From positions 7,793,408-7,857,407 of the forward strand of contig CAVNZM010000009.1 in the NCBI GenBank assembly GCA_963693365.1: DNA of 64,000 nt, read 5' to 3'. The notes under the pieces were generated by a model. That model made no database searches. It worked only from the letters and a program-made list of their open reading frames with translations, and was not told where the DNA came from. Of the stretch, positions 1-14,505 are shown one piece after another. A program made the translations under genes and the position numbers. Numbering within the stretch: the first letter of the stretch is position 1; each line of letters begins with the position of its first letter. This DNA comes from Amoebidium appalachense (taxonomy: Eukaryota > Protista > Ichthyosporea).

Positions 1-101
1 TGTCTCGTGATATTGCAACTCTCTCCCGTCTTGTTTATTATACACTACCGTCACATCAGTTCTGTCGTGGCGGGTCATGTTTTGAAAAGGTATGCTACCA
101 C

Positions 102-134
<33 letters not shown>

Positions 135-182
135 CCACCACCCCCACCACCACCAACATGCGCACGCACACACACATACGCA

Positions 183-260
<78 letters not shown>

Positions 261-981
261 TGACCACAGATAGTCACTAATATAATTCCGTGACTTCCAG
301 CACAACCGCCCTTCCTCGAGCTCCTCCCCCACACCATGTATCTTCCTCTTTCACTATCAAACATATAGCAGCAGACAAGCTTCGCCCCTTCCCCCCCTTT
401 CCGCAGCTTCAAAAAAAAAACCATTCATGAAACACATTTCCGGGGCCACCATCCCGACCTCTATACCCATTCAGCCAATCCGCTCCCCCCCCCCCAAAAG
501 AAAAAAAGGAAAAAAGAAAAAACTCGGTATCCTTCTCAACACACCCAGTGCGAGTGTGTATTATCCTTCTTTTCAGTTCACTTTTCTGACCTTTGAGGGG
601 GGTACACCCCTCCTCTTTCCGGTTCCCCGTGCAGATAGTCGACTTAACGACACAGTCAAAGCATCTGGCGCTTCGACACTCCGTGATCCGCCTGTTTTAT
701 GGTAAGTACTCGTTTTGATTCGTAAATTACCACAACTCTTCATTATTTTATTTATTTATTTATTTATTTATTTTTTTGGGGGGGGGGTGGGGGGGAGGGG
801 GAGGGGGAGGGGGAGGGAGGGGGGGGGGGAGGGGGGGGGGGGGGTTAGTAGATGGTGGTGGTGGGAGAGTGAGGGGGCCGGTGGGGAGTCTGGGGAAGGG
901 GGGAGAGGCAGAGAGATAAAAGGGAATGGGAGACCAGAGTAGAGGGAGTCGAAAGGCAAAAAAGTGGTGGTGGTGGTGGTG

Positions 982-1030
<49 letters not shown>

Positions 1031-1291
1031 GACACTGGTAAGTTACTCCAGGGAGGGAAGGAGGGGGGTGGGGAATGGGAGGGGCTTTAAAATTTTAAGG
1101 TTATGTACGAGTAAGGAGACGTGAGAACTGGGCAGGATGTGTGCATTTTATTTTATTTTATATATATGGTGGGGACACGGGGAGGGGGGGAGGGGGGAAG
1201 GAGGAGGGGGAGGGTAAGAGCGGGGAGGGGGGGCACGTTTTTTCTTTTTTTTTTTTGGTGGATGTGGGTGTGTGTGTGTATTTTTTTTTGG

Positions 1292-1325
<34 letters not shown>

Positions 1326-1639
1326 GTTGTGTGTGTTATTTTGTGGTGATGGTGTGTGGGTTTTTTTTTTTTTTTTTTTTTTTTGTGGGGGGGGGGGGGG
1401 GGGGGGGAGTTGTGTGTGTTATTTTGTGGTGATGGTGTGTGTTTTTTTTGTTTTTTTGTTTGTTTTTTTTTGGTTCCATGTATGTTGGAGTGTGACAGGT
1501 GCGTTCTTGAGATGAGATTTTCTAACTGTGACTGGTGGGTGGGCCCAAATAACGATACGTCTGAGCGGGTACGTGGGTGGCTACCAGAAAAAGGTGAGTG
1601 ATCCCTGATCATATGCTAACATGTGCTGGTTCCTATGAC

Positions 1640-1672
<33 letters not shown>

Positions 1673-1830
1673 CCTCTACATGTAACGCCTTTCTCTTTTC
1701 AGCACCCCCCCCCTTCCCCACCGCCACAACACACACACACACACACACCACCACCAAGACCTCCCCCCTCCTCCCCCCTCCCCCTTCAATAAACACATAC
1801 CCAAACACACAAAAGCACAAACACACACAT

Positions 1831-1989
<159 letters not shown>

Positions 1990-3323
1990 CAATCTTCTTG
2001 CTGGCCGCCAAAACCCCTCTCACCCCCCCCTCCCCCGCTGCCTTCCCCTTTCCCTTCTCTTTTTCACTTTTTTCACTTAATCCAACCAATCACTTCATGA
2101 AACTTAATAAACTTTTAGGGCTAAGTGTAAGTATTTCCTATCTATCTGTACATATGAAAACTGTATCTTTTGGTGCAATTGGCGGTTATCAAAGTTCCTT
2201 CTTTTTGGTAGCAGCTTCACACCAATATATAACCCGGCCTGATCTAGATATCCATGTTCGTATAATTATTATATCTTGTGTCTTCCCAAAACCCAACATT
2301 ACCCCCCCCCCCCCCCCCCCCCCTCCTTTCCCACCAAAAAAAACCAAAAAAAAAACCAAAAAAAACCCGCATACATGTTCATCAACACGCCTAGATTTAC
2401 AGAACTCTTTTTTGCCCTATATATCCCTTAGTCACCTTCCTTAACTTTCGGACATTCCCTCAACTCCATTCACTTGTATATATTCTGGTGTATCTCCGTT
2501 CTCGTGATTCCTACCCCCCCCCCCCCCCCCCTCTCTTATGTACCTTGGTTTATCTCCATTGTGTTTTACTTGTCTCTGCAACCGTCACATACAATAAAGT
2601 GTAGTTTCGAGTTTGTGGGTCCGTTATCCCCCACATATTACTGTGTAATTTCGAATATTTTTCTCCCCGTTATATTCCACATATCACCGTGTTGTTTCGA
2701 ACATTTTGCGACACTGTGTATCCGTTACCTTTCACACATTACTGTGCATTTTTGAATATCACTGTATTCACATATACATGCATGTGCATTCTTTTATGAT
2801 CTTGTATGTCTGTCACCTTTTGTGTACTCCTTACATATGCAGCATTATCATTAGTAACCATTGCATTGAATGTACATCATACATATGCGTACCACTGCCC
2901 ACCACCCGCACAACACGCACACAAACCCATACACACACACACGAGACAAACAGCGCAAACACGTACGTTGCTACGTTGCTGCCCGCTGTATACATCTAGT
3001 GGTTTAGCAAAGACTTAGGCGTGTGGTGTCCCCCACCCCCTCCTGTGTTATGCTTCCCTAGTGTTTCAGCCTGTCTGTCTGTGTAATGGAGTTAGTGATG
3101 TGTCGTGCGTCTGCGGTAAAACGCGGCGCCCCCGGGGGTTTGCCCCGGGGTCATTATTTCACCAAGAGATTATCGTGCATGACCCAATGTGTGCTTTTTA
3201 GCACTGTGGGTATTGTACAGCGGCTTCGGATGTGTGTGTGTTTGTGTGTGTGTGTGTCTGTGTGTGTGTGTGTGCGTGCGCGCGGCGGCATGCGCGGTTT
3301 TTGTGTGTGTGTGTGTATGTGTG

Positions 3324-3354
<31 letters not shown>

Positions 3355-3529
3355 GGGGGGGGGGGACAAGTGCTTTCGTCTTGTGGATAAAGTTCTATCC
3401 TCTTCCCCCCTCCCCCCATCATCTCTTCCAATAACTCTTGTATGCCGTTTTTCTCAGTTTGAAACGTTTGTGTCTAACTAAATATAGCCCACCCTCCCCT
3501 CCCCTCCCCTTCCTTCCCTCCCCCCCCCC

Positions 3530-3560
<31 letters not shown>

Positions 3561-4097
3561 CCCCCCCCCCCCCCCCCCCCCCCCCCCCACCACCACCACC
3601 ACCACCCATGCACCCCCCCACAACCACCACCATTATCATTTTATCTTTCTCGTAATTAATCTGGACCACCCTTCATGAAACCGTTGAAGGTCAGTCCCCC
3701 CTTTCTTTCGTCCAATCCCAAGTAAACCCCTTCTTCCCCTCCCCCCCCCCCCCCCCCCTCTCCGCCCCCCCCCCCCCCCCCCCTCTCTCTCTCCCCCCGC
3801 CCCTCCCCGCCCAAACTTTAAAAAAAAGATCTTTCAGAAAATAAAAATACAATAAGCAAAATAAAAAGCAAAATAAAAGCAGGTTAAATTCATAGCCCCT
3901 GCACACCATCGGCTCCACCGGGAGAGTCCCCCCCCCCCTCCCCCCCCCCCCCCCCCGCCTTTTTTTTTTTCTGCCCCTCCCCTCCCCTCACCTGCCACCG
4001 CCACACCACCACCACTTTTGTTTTGGAAATTGAAAAGATCGAGAGAGGGGGAGGGAGCTAGCTAGGGAGAGTGACGAAGAGATTGAGAACAAGCCCC

Positions 4098-4131
<34 letters not shown>

Positions 4132-4196
4132 CAAAAAAAGGAAAAAGAAACAAAAAAATTCTCTGTCTACGGTAAACATTGTTAACATCCTCTTAC

Positions 4197-4244
<48 letters not shown>

Positions 4245-4658
4245 TTGCCATGGGTGATCGGGTGCATGCTTGCGTATGTGTGTGCGGGTGTGTGTGCGTG
4301 TGTGTGGGTGGGTATGTTAGTGTGCGCGCGCGACCGTGTGGGTGTGTGTTTTTGTGTCTGGATGTGAGCTTGTGTGTGCGCAAGTGCAACCGATCGCATG
4401 GTGGCACCGTATCTGTATGCGTACACATGTGAACGTTCGCATGTGAAAATTCAATGTGTTCACTTGTATGTGTTCTTTTAGAGCTCGTGTGTATGTATTA
4501 TCAAAATCGTTAGTATTCTCATTCGAACGGTGGAACTCGTGTGTACGTGTCATGGAAACATGACTTGCATATTCGAAATATATTATCATGATATTTCGAA
4601 GGGGAAGGGGGAGGGGGAGGAGGGGTGGGGGGTGGGTGGTTTTTTTTTTTCTCTCTTT

Positions 4659-4708
<50 letters not shown>

Positions 4709-4932
4709 GGGGGGCAGAGGTTTGCAGCGGGAGAAGGCCTGGGAGGACGGATCAGATTTTGTGGATGCGTGAATTGCAAACTGATCGGTCATGAGGCCAT
4801 GCACCGTGCATAAGGGAACGGTGATTCATCTACGTACGTGGGTTGGTGCCGCATATTACTGTAACATAGATCACAGAGGTCGTTTACATGTGCATTCCCT
4901 CTCCCCCCTCCCCCCCCCCCCCCGCCCTCCTC

Positions 4933-4980
<48 letters not shown>

Positions 4981-4996
4981 ACTCTCACTCTCTCTC

Positions 4997-5082
<86 letters not shown>

Positions 5083-5265
5083 ACCCCCCGATCAGTTCAA
5101 CCCTCATATAATATTGTTAACTAGATATCCTCGTTGAATACTAAACAAAAACTACAGCTAAAAAATGAGTACATAAAGCGTGTGAGCACGTGGGCGAGCT
5201 GTGCACTGGCTGGACCTGGCCGGCCGCTGAGAATCCAATTGCGTTAGTTAGCACGTAGTCGATCT

Positions 5266-5303
<38 letters not shown>

Positions 5304-5793
5304 CGAAGGGGGTTAGGGGGGGGGGGTATGGTGCATCTTATGGTGCATACGATCGAATAATGTAGAGCAGTCTACGTAAATGATACAGGCCATTTATAAT
5401 GGTAGGATACCAATTGGGAAGCAAGAGATTTAGGCCTATCTATTATTGTTCTGCACAGACGCGGTGTAAAACGCGTGTCACCACAGAAGTCGTACTGAGT
5501 GATATTTCAGCCAAATAAAAAGCCTAAAGCAGGTTTATGGATTTATAGCTTAAATAAAAAATGCTGGTGGACATTTTAGGCTTTTAACGGGCTTTAAAGT
5601 TTTATCATAACCGCTACTTTCGGCAAGTCACTGCGCATCACGCAAAAGCCTTCGCGGCCAGCGTTCCGGTCGCACTGCAGTTTGGCAAATACCGAGTATT
5701 TATTGCGTCAACTTGCATGTATAAGTGCTCAAATATCACCACTATCCATTCTCAACCGCAATACACAGGCTCCACCTTGCAACTGTCAGCAAC

Positions 5794-8451
5794 ATGCCTT
5801 CACCAGATTACAACCAAGTTACCTGCGGCATCATCTGCAGCCTGCCGAACTCATCTCGTGCCCGCCCTCTTCCTCTGAAAAGTGTCGATGTCAAGGCAAA
5901 AGTAAATGTGTAGTTGAACACAGCGGCCGAGGTTTACCTCATGCAAACCTACGTTAACCCTTACAATCATCCTCTTTCCGAATGCACCTACGTTTTCCCC
6001 ATTGATGACGCTGCTGCTGTTAGGGGTTTTCGGGTTGTGGTGGGCGAAAAGGTCCTCGAAGGACGTGTGGAAGAGAAGGCCAAGGCAAGGGAGAAGTACC
6101 AAACCACACTCACAACAGGTCAAAATGCATACCTCATGGAAGAGTCCCGCACCGACATTTTCGATTTGGCCATTGGGAATCTTCCTCCCCACGCTACGGC
6201 ACACGACAGTCACCATCAACCACATCGCACAACTCCGCTTTGACGGCAGGGAGTTTGAGTTTGTCCTTCCCACAGATGTTTTTTCTCGTTACACCCCGGC
6301 CTCCGAAACGGACCCCATTCCAGTCGGCAACATTGAACCGGCGGAAAATGGCTTATCCCTATCGGTAGACTTCAGCATGTTAACAAACATCACTTTATTT
6401 ACCTCAACCACACAAAGTATCACCACCAATTTTGCTGAGCGCGAGGGGAGCGCAAAACTTACACAGCAGCGGGTTGCGCTAGACAAGGACGTAGTCATTC
6501 GTGTTGCGGTGGTGCACGAGACACTTGCCCGTGCATGTCTCGAGAGGAACCTAGACGGAGATAGGGGTAGTCATGGTTGAGATGGTGCCACAATATGAAC
6601 CCGAGCAAGCGTCACAAACCAAGTATGAATTTATCTTCATTATCGACCAATCCGGAAGCATGGAGGGTGAGCGGATTGAACAAGCGAGAGGCGCGCTTAA
6701 GATGTTTCTCAAGTCTCTACCTACCGACTGCTGCTTCAACATAATAGGCTTTGGCAGCCGCTGCGAGGCTGTTTTTGCCACCAGCACGAAGTATGACCAA
6801 AAAGCACTCGACACCGCTGTAGAGTATGCTAGTCGCATGAGGGCCGGTTTCAGCGGCACGGACTTGGCGGCCCCACTCTTGCAGGCATACACCGCGCCGC
6901 TTCAGCGTGGCTACAACCGCAAGGTGTTTGTGCTTACAGACGGTGCGGTTTCCAACACCGCCGAAGTGATTGGCTGTGGCCGACAGTTTTCCACGCGTGC
7001 ACAAGCGTTTGCTCTGGGTGTCGGCGAGTCTGTGTCGCGTGCGCTCGTGAACGGTCTAGCCCGTGCTGGAAGGGGTACATCCGAGTTTGTGTGTGGGGCC
7101 CACCGTATGCAGGCTGTTGTTATTGCACAGCTCAAGTCCGCAATGCAGTCGTGTATTTCTAACGTCACCATCGATTGGGGGGATGGTGTGTGAGTTTGGC
7201 GCAACTTCACATGCAGATGCAACCGGAGAGGCGGTGCAAAAAAACCTACTGGTGCAGGCACCGTTTAATTTGCCGTCTGTTTTCAACAATAAGGTCTGCA
7301 CAGTGCTCGGGTTCCTGTTCAAGAATGCACCCACACCCACCTCCGTCACGGTGAAAGCACCATCCCCCGACGGGCCCCCTCAAATTTGTTCTACCGCTAC
7401 TTCCAGAGAACACGTTTAAACGACAGCAACATTGTGCACTGCCTCGGGGCCAAAGTTTTGGTGAGAGATTTGAAGGAGGGAACATCATACATGCACGTGG
7501 ATAAAGACGGCGCAGAAATTTACCCGCGCCCAACGGAGGCTGCAAGGGCAGAGCTCACCCGCTTGGGCCTCAAATACGGCATCGTCACACAGACAACGTC
7601 GTTTGTGGTTGTTGATCCTGAGCAACCGGATGTACCACCCGTTCCGGCCTACACCGAGGTACGCCGTGATAATGCATTTGCCAGCGTGTTGTGGACACCA
7701 GCGGGAACACAACCGCCACTCATTCCTTGCCGGTTGGCACCGAACACCGTAACTCCATACCGCGGCCGTACCGGTTTCTTCCGCACTCCAACCGTAAGCC
7801 GCAGTGCGCCTGCCGCCCGGAGACAGGGCACGAGTTTAAATAATCCAATAAGTTACCTTGGCAGGCCGTCAAACCCCGAAAAATACTGTGCTCCTGCAAA
7901 AAAATTTCGACACGGCCAAAGAATGTGTGGATTCACGTGTGGCGTTTACGGTGCTCCTGGCAGACAGAGTACGTATGCGGATGCCTCAGATAGAGAGGAG
8001 GACGGGAAACGGTGGGCTCAGGCTTCACCACTTAATGCGTGATGCCCCTTCAGATTCTGAGGGAGATGTCGCTGAGACCCAGGGCACGTACAGCATTCCA
8101 TTGCCAAAAAAGGCAAGATCGGACATTTCTCCCATGCCTACCACACGCACGGCAGCTGAAAGGCTTTCCTGTTTGGTGTCTGCACAGAGATATGACGGCA
8201 GTTTCAACCTTAACGAGTCTCTTGCCAGCGCTCTCGGCGCTGATATTCGGGAGTTAAGGTTTGCGGGAGATGAATTGCGAGTTTCACCGTCGGTGTGGGC
8301 GACGCTGGTAGCGGTGGTCTACATTAATGTGCGGCTAGGTGTGTTTAAGGACGAGTGGTCATTGGTGGATGCTAAGGCAGAAGAATGGCTGAGCAAGCAT
8401 GGGGGTGTAGGAAAGGGGGTGAGGGTGGCTGCTGAGAGATTTGTAAGCTAG
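5794..8451 (+). pseudogene. Disrupted intronless VIT + von Willebrand factor A domain gene (VWA5A / inter-alpha-trypsin-inhibitor-like)
   Basis: ATG at 5794. VIT motifs PLKSVDVKAKV..TAAEV..QTYVN..ECTYVFPIDDAAAV.GF..GRVEEKAKAREKY..GNLPP. vWA MIDAS motifs EFIFIIDQSGSM, GTDL, VFVLTDG, FALGVG, LARAGRG. Then LGLKYGIVTQTTSFVVVD and a VWA5-type C-terminus Q.YDGSF..VWATLVAV..EWSLV.AKAEEWL. The homology is split across six or more frames, with an in-frame TAG at 5911-5913. No GT-AG introns that would repair it. Assembly error is not excluded. Confidence 0.85.
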
Positions 8452-8766
8452 CAATGCATCTCCTGAACCAGTGACCGTAGTTAACGTGCAGAGGGTTGCA
8501 TGGGTTTTATCATGTCTCATTAACGTTACTTAGGGGTGTTTTTTTTTTTTTGGCCGAGAAGGAGAGGAGGGAGACTCAAAGGGGAGGGGGGGAAAGGGGG
8601 GAAGGGTGGGTGGGGGGGGGGGGGGGGGGAGGGGGGGGGGTATTTGTTGTGCAGGGAAACTTTTCCCGATCTGTCATCCTTTGAACGATGTATTTGAAGT
8701 TTTTTTTTTTCCCCCGATCTGTCATCTTTTGATCGATGTATTTGAAGTGTTTTTTTTTTTCCCCCT

Positions 8767-8820
<54 letters not shown>

Positions 8821-9462
8821 GGGGGGGACGAGGGGAGGAGGGGGGGAGGGGGGAGGGGGGAGGGGGAGGGGGCAGGGGAGGAGGGGGGAGGGCAAGGGGG
8901 GGAGGGGGCAGGGGAAAAGGAGGGTGGGGTTGTGTGTGATACACAGTCAGAAGCTTTGCCAGATCTGCCATCTCCGAATCAAAGTATTTGGGTCTTTTTT
9001 TTTTTTTAAAGAACTACATCTGGTACTTTTTTTGTTATTTGGTAACTGTCCATTGTCGGTGCCACATGATATTATTGTCGTTTTTCGAGGTTTCATAAGG
9101 TGAACGGTGTACTACATGTATGCTATGTCTGGCTTGAAAAACAGGTGCTCAATGATGTGTGTGTTAGGCCCTTAGCGTTAAAAGCAAATATGCTTTTAAT
9201 TCTTTTTGTTGGTTTTGAGCAAATTTGGAAGATGATATTAGGCATCACTATCTTGAGTCATATCAGCTTGTTTTTTCCCGGAATAATTTTGACTAAAGGA
9301 GAGATTTTTTCATCATTCTAGACTAGGCTAAAACCGTCATATAGGGACGAGGCGAGCATTTTAAGTTCAATGTAAGAATATAAATTACAACCACAGCCCG
9401 GGTATAAATGATTCATCTTTTTCTTCAGCGTGTGTCCGCCGACTCGTGAAGGTTTCTTAACC

Positions 9463-9508
<46 letters not shown>

Positions 9509-9844
9509 AAAAAAAAAAGGAAAAGAAAAAAACACTGCAGACGGGTTCCCTTCGTGCCTTTCCCCCCCCACCTCCCCACCCACCCACCCACCCCCTCCCC
9601 CCTCCCCTCCTCCCCACTCCTTCCCCTTCCCCCCTCCCCCCCCCCCCCCCACCACCTTCTCCTTCTCCCCCCCCCCCCCCCCCCCCCCCCCCCCCTGTCC
9701 CCCTTCTTCTGCTCCTCCCACTTTCCACCCCGAATTAATCCCCTACCCCCGCCTTCTCATAGACCTGACTTGTCTTATCACTGTGTATGGAGCTGCTCGG
9801 GTGTCCACAAAAGCTTGATCGATTTTATTTGCCTGGCCTCTTGA

Positions 9845-9882
<38 letters not shown>

Positions 9883-10384
9883 CGCTGGCCTCGGGTGGAG
9901 CTTCAATCACCAGTGCCTATGAAAATACAATAGTTATCAACCCGGGAAAGCAGCGGCTTTTCAGACACGCACACAGCCACGCGCGCATGCACCCACGCAC
10001 CTGCACACAGCACACACGCACCCACGCATGCTTAGGCGCGGACGCACACACCCATGCACGCACAAGCATACATATTATAATGAAATCCTAACATAAAACC
10101 AGTCTTTCTATTTTATTTATAGCCTCTCTGCACAACACTCGACCCCCCCCCCCCCCTCCCCCCTCCCCCCTCCCCTCCCCCCCCCCCCCCCCCCCTTCTA
10201 GCTATCTGCAGAAAGCACGTTCCAGCTTCTTTGGCCTTCTTCCCTTGGTTGCTGTGCCACCTCGAGCTCAAATTTGATTTAGCATTCAAAACAAACACCA
10301 ACCCCCCCCCTCCTCCCTTGCCACCTCTTCTCTCCTCCCCAGGACACGCACACACACAAACACCAACACACACACGCACGCGCG

Positions 10385-10529
<145 letters not shown>

Positions 10530-10538
10530 GCACACACA

Positions 10539-10581
<43 letters not shown>

Positions 10582-11434
10582 CTCCCCCTTCTTCTCCCCC
10601 TCCTCCCCCACCCTCCTGCCCACACACACACACACACATACACACCGATCCACCCTGACCCAATCGAGCTCGTGCAATTCCGGGCCCTTCCTCAGTCCTG
10701 TTAAACCCTAACAGATTTCATAATGTTTAATTTGAGGGATGAAGGTAGAAAACAGTTGGAAATTTCTGCAAGACGTCAACAACCACCACAAACACTTTAT
10801 TGCATCGGTTGTCCTTCATGCCATCCGATTCTGATCACGTAAGCTGAGGGCGCATGCTATGCCGCTATCGATGCCTTGCAACTTTCTTTTAAGCTTGGTT
10901 CTCCCCCCTCCCCCCCCTCCCCCCTCCCCCCCCCGGTCCCCCTCCCCCCCCCGCCCCCCCCCCCCCCCCTCCCCCCAGGCCCCAGGGCCTTTCCCCCGTG
11001 CACCATGAGCTCTGTTCGTGCTTCATGCTGTGGTTATTGTTTTGTGCCTTTAATTGCTGTTTTGGTCACCTGTGTATTCTTCTAACACTCACTTATAGAA
11101 TCTCCTCCCCTCTCCCTCTCTCTTCATCCACCAAACCCCAATCCAACCAAAATTATGTATCTCTTCCTCTATCTCCCCCCACGCCCCCTCCGCCCCCCCC
11201 CTCTCCTCTCTCTCTCTCTCTCTTTCTCTCCGAGACGAGTACTCCCCCCCTTTCTCTCCCTGTCTCCCCCCCCCCCCCCCCTCCCGGTCTCACTTTCGCT
11301 CATTCTTTCTTTCTCTGCCCCTCTTTCCCTACAATAGGGGGGGGGAAAGAGGGGGACCCGGGGGATGAAAAGTTGTAGACCCCCCCGCACCCGCCCGGGC
11401 GGGGAAAAAAAGGGGGGACCCCCCTGCCGTCGGG

Positions 11435-11468
<34 letters not shown>

Positions 11469-14082
11469 AGCCCCTGGGGGACTCCCCCCGCCCCCCTCCC
11501 CCCACACTCCCCTCCCCACTAAACAGCTCAGCAACTTTCAACGTCTCCCTCTCCCCTTCCGCTGTTGACTGAGATTTCTCCTCGGTTTTTGAATACCCCA
11601 AGGTTTGTTGTTGGGTTAGGCTTGTGTTGTGCGCAAAACAGAATCATGGGTGCGTACAAAGCCTTGTTTCTAAATATATAACCATAAAACTAACTGAGGC
11701 CCAGAGAGCAACTTTAAATTGGCAAATTCACTTAGTTGCAAAACAGGGAAATTGTTTCGGTTCTCTTAGGAAAATTTATAAAAAGTGAGCAAAGTTTGAC
11801 GGTGGGAAGGGTTACCGTAAACGGTTTTTTCGTTTAAAATTTTGCTAATGGTGTGCAAAAGGGAGATGGGGGGGGGGGGGGGGGGGGGAGGGGGGGGGGG
11901 AGAGAGGGAGGGGATTGGGGGAGGTGGAGTCGGAGGCAGGGGGTGAGGAGAGGGGGATGGGTGGGGAGGGGATGGGTGGGCGGGGAGGGGGGAGGTGGGG
12001 TGGGGGAGGTGGGGGGGGAGAGGCTGTTTAAGTAACATGTCTTTGGATAGTTTTTAGCATTGGGTATAGGCGGCCTTCAGTTTCACCGGTTTCTTGCTGC
12101 AAAACTGCAGCCCAATGGCTTTAAACACGCACTTGCAAGATCTCGATCGCAACATGCATTGTGTGTGGGTGGCCGCCCGAAAAATAGAATTCTACACAGC
12201 CGTGGTGAGAGCCCGATTATTTGGCTGTGAATATGGGACGAATTTTGTTCGGTTTCGGTTACCGTGGTGCATTCACTGTATCGTGTCGGATTGGATGACC
12301 GGGGGAATTGTTGTGTCGGTAAAGCTTTGACCGAGAAGAACCTGGTCACTGGCTTTCATGCATGTACATGCCCAGCACACACGAGCACAGCACATATGTC
12401 GCTAACATTAGCTCTTTAAAAGGTTAATAAATGCCTACGTGCGAATTTATGGTTGAATGTTTCAAAAATGCACAATCAGCTGTGCACGTTGACCGTCATC
12501 ATGGCACATGACATCACATGTGGTAATTCCTGAGGACTCCTCCGTGTTTTTTTTTCCCTCCAACGACCTATTCGTTGGAAGCATCAAGTTCGCGGCAAGT
12601 GTCCCCCGTCGATATATACACACATCGATTATCGTTCAACAAGTGGGAAAGTGGTCGGAGAAGTTTTGAAAAAATCTTTATCGAATGGCACATGCCACTA
12701 CGGGTGTCCTGCAGCTGTATTACAGGAAGCAGGAAGTATCCCCCCCCTCCCCCCCTCTCCCCCCCCCCCCCCCCCCCCCCCCCCCCAAACACACACACAC
12801 ACAAATCATTCAAACACAACGGCATAAAGTAAGGTTTCAACTGGTGTGGTAGAGTGAAGGGTGCAATGGAAATGCCTTCGAAATGAGTGAATTGGGAGGG
12901 GGCCACCAAACCAAGGGGTGGCTGAAGGAGGGGGGTGGGTGCGCAAGCGGGGGGGGGGGAGGAGGGGGGCTGGGGGAGAGATGATTTTTCAGCTATAATA
13001 ATTTAGGCGACCATCTGTAGATATAGAACCTCAATACATGCATGGCCCTACAGGCCAGGCAATTGGGTGGGTGGTCGCCCAACTGGCTGATATACCACAC
13101 AGCTAAGGTTGAAAAGGGAAAGTGGTGGCTGCGATTGTGGGAAATGGTTTCGGGCGGATTGCATTGTGTTCTTTATTGGTTGCTTTACAAAAGTCAACCG
13201 ACATGACGGGGAACCTGTTACCAAAAAACGGAATAAATCTCGTCCATACCTTCTGGCCATAGGTGCACACATGCTGGCCTCCACCCTCCCTCCCCGGTCT
13301 ACAGCCCCCTTTCTATCCGATTTCAAGTTGCCTGGCCTTCTATCCCTCCCTATCCCCTTCGCTCCCCTTCTCCCCCCCCCCCCCCCCCCCCCCCCCCCAC
13401 CACCACCACCACACACACACGCGCACACACGTACATACACACACACACACACACACACACCCATCAAGCCCAGGGAGGCACAAGCAACCCCTTCCCCTAC
13501 CCTTTCTTGGCTAAAACACAAACACTTTTTTAGTACGCCTAAATTCACATGCCGTGCAAGATGGCATTGTAAATACACTTGAGCATCGTGGCATCATTGC
13601 TGTGATATCACAAAAGTTGATTCAAAATCCGTGCCAAGTTTCGGCTTTTTTCTGGCACAGGGGTTTTAACACTTTTTTGTCGGATTGGATTCTATCCGAA
13701 TCACAGACCCCCCCTCCCCCCCCCCCCCCGCCCCTCCTCCCAATGCCGCAGCCGCCAGAGTCTCCTCCCAGCAACCACCCCAAAAAAAAAAAAAAAAAAA
13801 ACTTCATCCTTCACCCCCAAAACCTACCCGTCAAGTCCCTTTCATACTATCACTTGTATTAGCAGCCACACACGCCCAGCACTCAGTATTAAACACACCA
13901 CACACACATACCTCCCCCCCCCCCCCCCCCCCCCCCCCCCGCCCACCAGCCCACCCCGTCACATCCCCACAGCTCACACCCACACTCCTCCCCTCTTTTC
14001 GTAGTTCTCGCTGAAAATTGTAGTTTGCTTTGTGCCTTCGGGTTTGTTGCTCGGTTTTTTAGTATTCTAAAATTTTGCTCCA

Positions 14083-14144
<62 letters not shown>

Positions 14145-14474
14145 ACCCCGCCCACCCCACCCCTCCCACCCATCCACCCACTCACCCCCACCTCCTCCAC
14201 CTCCTCCACCTCTCAACTTACTAACCCCTCTCTGTGCAGGGAAAAAAGGAAACGAAAAGGAATAATAAAGGGAAGGGGTCCCGCCCCCCACCTCCTCCCT
14301 CCCCCCCCCCCCCCTCCCCCCACTCCCCTGCCCGACGGGGGGGCCCACTGAGGGTAGGGAATGGCGTGAACGAGTATAGGACTTGCACTGTTACATAAAC
14401 TATGGCGTGCATGAATTGATATGGTTGCAATATCTACTCTTTACGGAGTCTCATGCTACTATCCCTCCTCCCCC

Positions 14475-14505
<31 letters not shown>

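Noticed and set aside
635-1593. Possible plus-strand exons 635-701 and 1499-1593 with GTAAGT/GTGAGT donors
   Set aside because: No recognisable protein and no consistent multi-exon frame could be built, so the support is too weak to call.
2950-3000. Helitron-like 3' end (...CTAGT after a GC-rich segment)
   Set aside because: No convincing subterminal hairpin, no matching 5' end and no second copy in the window.
5902-5913. 12-nt GT...AG micro-intron or TAG reassignment to rescue the VIT gene
   Set aside because: It is shorter than known spliceosomal introns. The other lesions are frameshifts without GT-AG, and the same gene ends in TAG.
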